A stretch of DNA of 64,000 nucleotides from Nitrospirota bacterium. GTDB lineage: Bacteria; Nitrospirota; UBA9217. The stretch is taken from positions 160,001 to 224,000 of the forward strand of contig CAWIYV010000001.1 in the NCBI GenBank assembly GCA_963840455.1. Direction: 5' to 3'. Made by a program: the position numbers and the translations under genes. Positions 57,262 through 64,000 of the stretch are shown in pieces (the first letter of the stretch is position 1; each line of letters opens with the position of its first letter). The notes under the pieces were generated by a model. The model did not search any database, was not told the origin of the DNA, and saw only the letters and a list, made by a program, of their open reading frames with translations.

Positions 57262-58623
57262 TTACACGTATTCTTTCAATTGCCTGCTCCGTGCCGGATG
57301 ACGGAGTTTTTTCAGTGCCTTGATCTCGATTTGGCGGATCCGTTCCCTCGTCAAATTGAAGTACTTGCCCACCTCTTCCAGCGTGTGCTCGCTGTTCACG
57401 CCAATGCCGAACCGCATACGGATGATCTTCTCTTCCCGTTCAGTGAGCGAGGACAGCACCTGTTCGATGCGGTATGAGGCCTCGCTGTTCTCAAGGGTCT
57501 TGAACGGCGATGTCGCCTTTTCATCGATGATCACATCTTTCAGTTCCTTCTCCTCGGACAGGATCGGCGTCTCCAACGACACCGGCTCCTGGATCGCACG
57601 AAGGATCTCGTTCACCCTCACTACGGACAGCCCCATGAGCTTTGCCACTTCCTCCGAAGACGGCTCACGTCCCTTCTCCCGCATGAACTTTGCATAGATA
57701 CGACTAATGCGGGTGCTTTCCTCGATAAGATGTACCGGGAGGCGGATGGTCCTTGCCTGGTCGAGGATCGCGCGGGTGATGCGTTGTCTGATCCACCACG
57801 TAGAATAGGTGCTGAACTTGGTGCCTTTCCCGGACTCGTACCGGTCGGCGGCCTTCATCAGACCGATGTTGCCCTCCTGGACCAGGTCCAGCAGCGTCAA
57901 TCCCCGGTTCACGTATTTTTTCGCGATCGACACGACCAGTCTCAGGTTCGCCGTAATAAGCTCGTCCTTCGCGACCTTCACCTTTTCCTCTTCTTTCTCG
58001 ATGCGTCCGACCAGGTCCTTCAGGACCTGCTCATCAAAACCGAGCTTCAGGGCTTCTGCGCAGCTGCCACGCTCGCACTGCTTTCCAAGGAACAGGATGC
58101 GCTTGATGATCTTTTCCACTTCCCGGAACGACAAGCTCATCTCGCGCATGGTCGCGTTGACGCGTTCGAGATCATTCCGGGCGAGCTGCCGCTTCAGCCT
58201 GCTGTAGAGACGCATGAACTCCGCCTCGTAGCTGTCGCTCCACTCGCCGGGGAAGCGCAGAACGTCCTGGGCCTTTACCAGGCCCTGCTTGACGTTCTGG
58301 CCCAGTGCCAGGATGCGCGGTATTGCCAGCGGAGAACTGAACGCGATCTCCTTGAGCGCGGCCTTCCCTCCCTCTAGCATCCGCACGAAATGCTGTTCCT
58401 CGTCGATCTTAAGCATGGGATATCTTCCCACCGACTTCAGATAGGTATCGACAAGGTCCGCACCGCCCACCTCTTCAACGGCCTCCTGGATCTCGGCTAT
58501 TGCGGGCTCCTCGACCTCATCTTCCTCGATGAGATCCTCGGCCAAGTCCTCGACCAGCCCTTCAGGGATACCCTCAGGATATGCGTTACTGCTCTTTTCT
58601 TCTGTTATTGTTGTCTTGGTCAT
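57262..58623 (-). CDS. RpoD-like sigma70 factor (possibly a non-primary group 2 paralog)
   Basis: ANLRLVVSIAKKY, DLVQEGNIGL, FSTYSTWWIRQ, DQARTIRLP, TLEEVG...TRERIRQIE; promoter TTGACC-16-TATAAT at 58678-58651. Confidence 0.9.
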   Translation of the reverse strand: MTKTTITEEKSSNAYPEGIPEGLVEDLAEDLIEEDEVEEPAIAEIQEAVEEVGGADLVDTYLKSVGRYPMLKIDEEQHFVRMLEGGKAALKEIAFSSPLAIPRILALGQNVKQGLVKAQDVLRFPGEWSDSYEAEFMRLYSRLKRQLARNDLERVNATMREMSLSFREVEKIIKRILFLGKQCERGSCAEALKLGFDEQVLKDLVGRIEKEEEKVKVAKDELITANLRLVVSIAKKYVNRGLTLLDLVQEGNIGLMKAADRYESGKGTKFSTYSTWWIRQRITRAILDQARTIRLPVHLIEESTRISRIYAKFMREKGREPSSEEVAKLMGLSVVRVNEILRAIQEPVSLETPILSEEKELKDVIIDEKATSPFKTLENSEASYRIEQVLSSLTEREEKIIRMRFGIGVNSEHTLEEVGKYFNLTRERIRQIEIKALKKLRHPARSRQLKEYV

Positions 58624-59047
58624 GGCAAATGCCTTTCTCTCTCTTGTTTAATTATAGCAAAAACGTTAACTGGGTCAAACAATTAATTCCCGACCATCTC
58701 GCACGGATTATGCAGAGTGTTACATCCTAGGTCTGTCAGTTATTAGACACCCGAAAACATAACTGGTTGGCCTAAATGGGACTTATTCTATCCTTAATAG
58801 AAAGCACTTGCAACTCCTTTTTTGCTCTGCCAACATTCCTCGTCATGCACAGTTTCCCGTCTTCACCTGACAGGTTGCTCGTCTACCTCTTCGGAGCAAG
58901 CGGGTTGGTGGGAATTGCGCTGGGGCACGGCTTCAAAGGAACGTTCCCAGTCGCTTATCACGGCATGCTTGGCGTAATGATCATATCCCTGATGCTCTAA
59001 CCTAGTTATCGGTTCTTCTTAGATGAGATCGTTCTGAGGCAAGACCG

Positions 59048-59452
59048 ATGAAAATCATCGAAAAAGGCAGGCAAGGGATCAGGAAGGCATTAGAAGAATG
59101 TCTGGCGCTGCTGTTCTTACTGAAGGACCGAAGGGTGCATTGGCATGCAAAGCTCGTTGTCCTGCTTCCGTTGGCGTACATCGCCTCTCCGATCGACCTG
59201 ATCCCTGACGGCCTGATGTTCTTCGGGCAGATCGATGACCTGATCGTTGTCAGGTTCAGCTATGCTCTATTAAAGACCATCATCGACCCCGCGGTGCTGG
59301 AGGACTGCCGCGAACAGTCACGGGCGCTTCTGTCCGAGCGGGGGAAGCATCGCATGAAATTCGCCATAGCTTTCTCGGCGATCTGGATATTCTTGTTGAC
59401 CTTCCCGGCCATCTATCTTTTCAAGAAGATCCAGCGTCTCAGCACCCTGTAA
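59048..59452 (+). CDS. DUF1232/YkvA-family membrane protein
   Basis: Y..SPIDLIPD...G.IDD signature. Confidence 0.9.
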   Translation: MKIIEKGRQGIRKALEECLALLFLLKDRRVHWHAKLVVLLPLAYIASPIDLIPDGLMFFGQIDDLIVVRFSYALLKTIIDPAVLEDCREQSRALLSERGKHRMKFAIAFSAIWIFLLTFPAIYLFKKIQRLSTL

Positions 59453-59530
59453 GCTCTACCTCATGCCTCCCCGATCAGCTGCCACTCAACCTGACCACGT
59501 CCTCGACCTTCCGGGCCTGCCGGCAGCAGT

Positions 59531-60106
59531 CTACCTCAGCCCCCTGCTGCCCGGCTTCACCGGAGCGCTGCCGGCCTTGCACATCGGGCAGAACTCGGCA
59601 GCATAGCTTGGCACGGCAAGGGTGACCAGTGATCGGTAGGGCACGCCGAGGTCCGCTTTTCCGCCTGAGCGGTCCACCAAGGAGGCTGCGGCGATGACTG
59701 TGCCACCTGCCTTCTTGACGACCTCGATGGTCTCCCGCGTCGATTTCCCCGTCGTGATCACGTCCTCCACAACGAGCACCCGCTCGCCCGGTTTGATAGT
59801 GAATCCCCGACGAAGCGTGAGTTCCCCGTTCACCCGCTCGGCAAACAGCGCCCGGACGCCAAGAGCTCTTGCGGTCTCGTGCGAAACGAAGACGCCGCCC
59901 AATGCCGGAGCGATGACTGCCTCGATCCTTTGGTCCTTGAAGTGCGCTGCCAGCTCAGCGCAAAGCTTCGTTGCGATGTCCGGCTGCTGCAATACCAGCG
60001 CTGACTGCAAATACCGGTCGCTATGCAGTCCCGAGGACAGCAGAAAATGCCCGGAAAGCAGCGCCCCGGTCCTCCGATAAATGTCAAGCACCTCTTCCTG
60101 ATTCAC
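59531..60106 (-). CDS. pyrE: orotate phosphoribosyltransferase
   Basis: GHF.LSSG.HS, VEDVITTG; GTG start after GGAGGG. Confidence 0.95.
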   Translation of the reverse strand: MNQEEVLDIYRRTGALLSGHFLLSSGLHSDRYLQSALVLQQPDIATKLCAELAAHFKDQRIEAVIAPALGGVFVSHETARALGVRALFAERVNGELTLRRGFTIKPGERVLVVEDVITTGKSTRETIEVVKKAGGTVIAAASLVDRSGGKADLGVPYRSLVTLAVPSYAAEFCPMCKAGSAPVKPGSRGLR

Positions 60107-60151
60107 AATGGGACCCTCCCGCACGTTTTGTCGCGTGCCTATCGCTTCAGC

Positions 60152-60889
60152 TCAGCAAGGATGCTGTCCGATCTCCCCGACGATCTTCTCGACAGCCGCC
60201 TGTCTATCGGCAGCCTTGAGCACCGGTCTCCCAACGACGATGTAATCAGCACCGCATGATATCGCCTCTCCCGGCGTCATGACCCGCTTCTGATCGTCCT
60301 TCCCGGCCCATGCGGGTCGCACCCCGGGCGTAAGGATCACAAAGCTCCCGCGTACGGATTTCCGCAGCATCTTGATCTCCTGGGGAGATGCAACTACGCC
60401 GCTCATGCCTGCCCGCTGTGCCAGTTTCGCCAGGTGCGACACCTCCCTGCGGAGCGATCGGTTGATCTTGAGGTCCCGTCGGAGCGCCAGATCGTCCATG
60501 CTTGTCAAAATAGTGACCGCAAGCACGAGCGGCCGCTGCAGGCCCTGCTTATCAGCTGTTTCCCGGGCTGCCCCAGCCGCAGCCTTCATCATGTCCATCC
60601 CACCCAAGGCATGAACATTAAAGATACTGACGCCGAGCTTGACCGCCTCAGCTGACGCCGTTGCGACCGTATTGGGGATGTCGTGATATTTAAGGTCCAG
60701 GAACACCCGGACGCCCTTCTCAATGATCCGGCGTACGATGTCCGGCCCATAAGCCGTGAAAAGCTGGTGGCCGACCTTAAACATGCCGACAGCGCCACGC
60801 AGCTCGTCCACAAGCGCCAGAGCCTCGCGATTGCTCTCGAGGTCCAAGGCGATGATGAGATGGTCTTTTGGTGCTGTCGTAATAGTCAT
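60152..60889 (-). CDS. pyrF: orotidine-5'-phosphate decarboxylase
   Basis: IALD, FKVG, DLKYHDIPNT, TPGVR, DQKR, VVGR. Confidence 0.96.
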   Translation of the reverse strand: MTITTAPKDHLIIALDLESNREALALVDELRGAVGMFKVGHQLFTAYGPDIVRRIIEKGVRVFLDLKYHDIPNTVATASAEAVKLGVSIFNVHALGGMDMMKAAAGAARETADKQGLQRPLVLAVTILTSMDDLALRRDLKINRSLRREVSHLAKLAQRAGMSGVVASPQEIKMLRKSVRGSFVILTPGVRPAWAGKDDQKRVMTPGEAISCGADYIVVGRPVLKAADRQAAVEKIVGEIGQHPC

Positions 60890-60993
60890 GGGTGCGAAAA
60901 AAGCCGCTGAAGAGAAGAGGATGCGGCTATAACAACCGTGCAGAAACAGTGAAGTACGCTCGGCCGGCCGTCTTCTTGGGGCATCCGGTGCGA

Positions 60994-61566
60994 TCAATAG
61001 ATCCTGAGCAGGCTGAGAAGCCGGTCTTTGAACAGTTCGGCCAGGAGTTGAAGGTTCTCCCCGCGAAGAAACTGATCGGCATTGTTCGAAAACAGCACCC
61101 AGACCTCCGGAGGGAACTCCTTATCTTCCTGGGACATTTCAACATGAAGCGTAACCTTTGGGAGGGCCCGCACCGTGATCGCCAGATTGCTCCCGATCAT
61201 GCTCGGCGACAGGAACGCGTCGAAGAGCGGCAGTAGTGTATTGGACCGGCCAATGAACTCCGTGACATGCTGCGTGAGAGGAAGCTCCACCCGCTTGTGA
61301 AAGTCCTTCACGGAAAGATTGGTGAGCTCCTTCAGCGCGCGCCAGGGCAATTCAACAAATGCATTCCCGGTCGATGACAGATAATCGAGGATGACCGCCT
61401 CATGGGTATCAGGCGCCTTTTGACCGCGGAGGGTGATGCCGGTGCGGTTAATGACATATTCCTGTCCGAGCATGGCGAGGAGAAGCGCGTCATCTGCGTC
61501 GTTGTACAGGGCACTGATGCGTTCAGCGAGTGCGGGAAATGGGATATGCTCCAGCGCCTTCTTCAT
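60994..61566 (-). CDS. DUF3786-like protein
   Basis: LGQEY..., LP.V...DKEFP...LF pattern of the family. Confidence 0.65.
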   Translation of the reverse strand: MKKALEHIPFPALAERISALYNDADDALLLAMLGQEYVINRTGITLRGQKAPDTHEAVILDYLSSTGNAFVELPWRALKELTNLSVKDFHKRVELPLTQHVTEFIGRSNTLLPLFDAFLSPSMIGSNLAITVRALPKVTLHVEMSQEDKEFPPEVWVLFSNNADQFLRGENLQLLAELFKDRLLSLLRIY

Positions 61567-61603
61567 CGTCGTGGGCCCGATGCAGGTGCATCGGCGCGGT
61601 GCT

Positions 61604-62089
61604 TCACTTCCCCTGTTTCATTTGATCGATGACTTCCCGGAGCAACTCTTCCATATTGATCTGGAGCGGAATGACCTCGGCGGGCATGCGCTCTTCGAAG
61701 TGATAGGACCCCTCGGTCATCAGGAACAGATGATGGATGATCCTCCGCACCTGAAGTTTCAGCCCGTTGAAGAGGTCCTTGGGCGTGACAAAGCCGTTCT
61801 CCACAAAGATCGCGCCGATCTTCTTAAGCCCGGCGCTCTTCTGGTGAAGGGAGAGCGCCCGCTCAAGCTGGCTCCTGGTGATCTTCCCGGCAGCGACCAT
61901 GACCTCACCCAGGCGGTCCCTTTCATCCTTCGAGGTGGCGAAGATGATCTGACCATTTTTCACATGGATGGACCGCTCGGCATTGCCGGTCCCACAGGTC
62001 AGCGTTCCCGTCGCCTTCTGCTGGTGCAGGACCGCAAGAACGTCGGAGAATGGTGTTTCGATCAGGTTGCCGGAGAGTGATAGCGCCAT
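61604..62089 (-). CDS. DUF4388-domain protein
   Basis: LSGNL...TGTL...I.FA, RLGE.., G.Y.F. Confidence 0.8.
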   Translation of the reverse strand: MALSLSGNLIETPFSDVLAVLHQQKATGTLTCGTGNAERSIHVKNGQIIFATSKDERDRLGEVMVAAGKITRSQLERALSLHQKSAGLKKIGAIFVENGFVTPKDLFNGLKLQVRRIIHHLFLMTEGSYHFEERMPAEVIPLQINMEELLREVIDQMKQGK

Positions 62090-62188
62090 AGGATCCATTG
62101 ACGAGAGCGATGCCCCGTGACGAGCGGTCACTCCCGAGCATGCAGGGGAGGACCAGATACAAGGGATGTCAGAACTAACGGGAGAAGA

Positions 62189-62836
62189 TCAATATTCGAA
62201 CCGTATGCCGATCCCTCCCAGTGTATGGTTGCCGGTCTTCAGCTCGGCGTAGAACATGGTCTTCTGCGCTACTCTCCACTCCACGCCGCCGAACACATAA
62301 TAGTCCGTCTCGTTCTTCGGGAGATAGGACCCATAGAGAGCCGACAGCTGGAGTCCACCATACGGCGTGATCTTATAACCCCGTTCGGTGAGCGGGTACG
62401 ATCTGCTGAAGATCGTAGAGAACGTGACCTCGCTGATGTTCTTGCCGCTGATGACGTTGGTATTGAATCCCAGGTCGACGGCCATGTCCACGGGGACCCC
62501 CTCGGTCTGTTTGACGAGCTGGTACTTGATGTCAGCGCCTCCCATGACCGCTACTTTGTTATCCGATCCAACATCAGCGGTCGTGGCGCCGAACATGACG
62601 CCAACCTCCGCGAGAGCGCCAAGGCCGATGCGGAACGCGGGATAGAAGCTCCGGTAACTCTCTCCGAGCGTGAAATGCACCCCTGCCTGTGTAAGCCCTG
62701 CATCGAGGCTCTCGGCGGTCGTGAACACGTTCTGGGTCAGCGTCTCGATGCTGTCAGCCCGCGCCATGCCGGCTGCCAGCACGAGCAGAACGAACGACCC
62801 CAGCGTAATGATACGCAGCATACGCCCTTCCTTCAT
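62189..62836 (-). CDS. outer-membrane beta-barrel protein
   Basis: Signal peptide (ARA), beta strands, ITPYGG, terminal aromatic residue (FEY); RBS GAGGTG; promoter TTGTCA-17-TATAGT. Confidence 0.7.
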   Translation of the reverse strand: MKEGRMLRIITLGSFVLLVLAAGMARADSIETLTQNVFTTAESLDAGLTQAGVHFTLGESYRSFYPAFRIGLGALAEVGVMFGATTADVGSDNKVAVMGGADIKYQLVKQTEGVPVDMAVDLGFNTNVISGKNISEVTFSTIFSRSYPLTERGYKITPYGGLQLSALYGSYLPKNETDYYVFGGVEWRVAQKTMFYAELKTGNHTLGGIGIRFEY

Positions 62837-63017
62837 TATCACCTCACAATACTTTTTTGCGACTGGAACTATAGCATGGACCACAATGATTGACAAGAGA
62901 AAAGATGGCGGGCTGCACAGTGTTGGCATACCATTGAAGCAATGCAAGGGGGACAGGTGTTCGCAGTGCAGCATGGGGGGCTGCGGACAGGGAAGACCCT
63001 CCGCGTGAGACGTCCGC

Positions 63018-63554
63018 TCATCCGCCCTTGTCGAGCTCGATGTTCCAGTAGAGATAATCGCGCCAGCTCATGGGCGCGTTCCTGATGCCAAGACGGAGCG
63101 TGACGACGGGCATCCATTTCGGCTTGGCGGGATGCCGGATCAGACGCATCCTGGCCTCCTGCGGGGTCCTCCCCCCCTTTCGGTTGTTGCAGTTAAGACA
63201 GGCGGTAACGATGTTCTCCCACGTTGCCTGTCCTCCCTGTACTTGCGGGACAACGTGATCGAAGGTCAGGTCTTCGGCGGGGTGCCGGCTGCCGCAGTAC
63301 TGGCAGGTATATTTGTCCCGCTGGTAGATGTTGGCGCGGGAGAAACGGACCTCCCGGCTCGCACGCTTGATCTTGACCAGTTTGAGGAGACGGAGGATGG
63401 AGGGAAGCCGAAAGGTCACTGAAACGCCTCTCACTTCGCGGTCGTAAAAGTCAATGACCTCTACTTTGCCCTGCGTGAGGAGGGTGATGGCCCGCTGCCA
63501 GGAGATGATCTTGAGCGGTTCGAACGTTGAGTTCAGGAGAAGTGTCCGTTCCAT
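63018..63554 (-). CDS. HNH endonuclease (stand-alone McrA-like family)
   Basis: LLLN..FEPL, RD..TCQYCG, DHVVP..GG...WENIVTAC..CN..K. Confidence 0.92.
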   Translation of the reverse strand: MERTLLLNSTFEPLKIISWQRAITLLTQGKVEVIDFYDREVRGVSVTFRLPSILRLLKLVKIKRASREVRFSRANIYQRDKYTCQYCGSRHPAEDLTFDHVVPQVQGGQATWENIVTACLNCNNRKGGRTPQEARMRLIRHPAKPKWMPVVTLRLGIRNAPMSWRDYLYWNIELDKGG

Positions 63555-63707
63555 GACAACTCTGCCCTCCCTGAACGACCGGGGGTACGTATCGGGCCGG
63601 GGTTGAACCGGTCCGGGAAAACAGACAGGAAAGCCTTCAATTCAGGCATAAAAATACCGAAAAAGACCGAGTTTGTCAATAGGGTTCGCTCACGGTATAA
63701 TAAGTCC

Positions 63708-64000
63708 ATGCTCGAGCCCGAAGGCAAAAGGATCGAATTGGCCGCATCGGCACAGGAGAACGATCTTACGCCCCTGGTCCATGACCCTTCCCCGAAGGTC
63801 ATCATGGCGATGCTCGGCAATCGGAACGTCACCGAAGAGCACGTCCTGGTCCTTGCGAACCGGAAGAACCTTCCTCCGGAGGTCCTAAACGCGATCTTCA
63901 GGGACAAACGGTGGAGCGAGAGCTATCCCGTGCGGCTGGCCCTGGCGAAGAACCCGAAAACACCGCTCTTCACGGCGCTCTCCATCGCCCGGTTCCTCCG
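63708..64000 (+). CDS. leucine-rich-variant/HEAT-like repeat protein, truncated by the window end
   Basis: Not in the ORF track. MLEPEGKRIELAAS...VRLALAKNPKTP..., open to the end; TTGTCA-17-TATAAT ends 6 nt before the ATG. Confidence 0.7.
   Translation, partial: MLEPEGKRIELAASAQENDLTPLVHDPSPKVIMAMLGNRNVTEEHVLVLANRKNLPPEVLNAIFRDKRWSESYPVRLALAKNPKTPLFTALSIARFL

Noticed and set aside
58776-59000. 74-aa hydrophobic ORF
   Set aside because: No RBS or family motif; it could be a membrane-protein remnant but is unsupported
63018-63554. HNH protein as IscB/Cas9-like or restriction system
   Set aside because: Only 178 aa with no RuvC or PLMP motif, methylase or array; flanking hairpins (~62911-62972) are too weak to call an RNA

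Overview
This is a GC-rich bacterial chromosome segment with most genes on the minus strand. Gene content and order suggest an anaerobic Nitrospirota/Desulfobacterota-like organism (inference). Housekeeping genes include purF/B/E/D, ribE/BA/H, nusB, queA, xerD, tsaC, pyrE/F, an archaeal-type pheST, tRNA-Phe(GAA), nfnAB and a DHH-CBS tRNA nucleotidyltransferase. There is also a NikR-regulated ECF nickel-uptake operon, a Geobacter-like type IV pilus minor-pilin/PilY1 cluster and a sulfur-transfer neighbourhood (larE, IclR, rhodanese, ThiI/MnmA-like PP-loop enzyme). The most notable features missed by the ORF track are: (1) an exported rhodanese with an in-frame UGA in a CxxxxU motif followed by a SECIS-like hairpin (probable selenoprotein); (2) five co-oriented copies of a ~116-bp double-hairpin element resembling a non-autonomous IS200/IS605 derivative; (3) a NikO ATPase fused to a His-rich linker and a CooJ-type H(W/F)xxHxxxH domain with its own internal RBS/ATG; (4) a perfect NikR-type operator; (5) many apparently leaderless genes; (6) further intergenic 9-mer and 7-mer inverted tandem-repeat families. 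pheS has a cluster of homopolymer indels that are probably sequencing errors. No CRISPR array, rRNA, prophage or autonomous transposase was seen.
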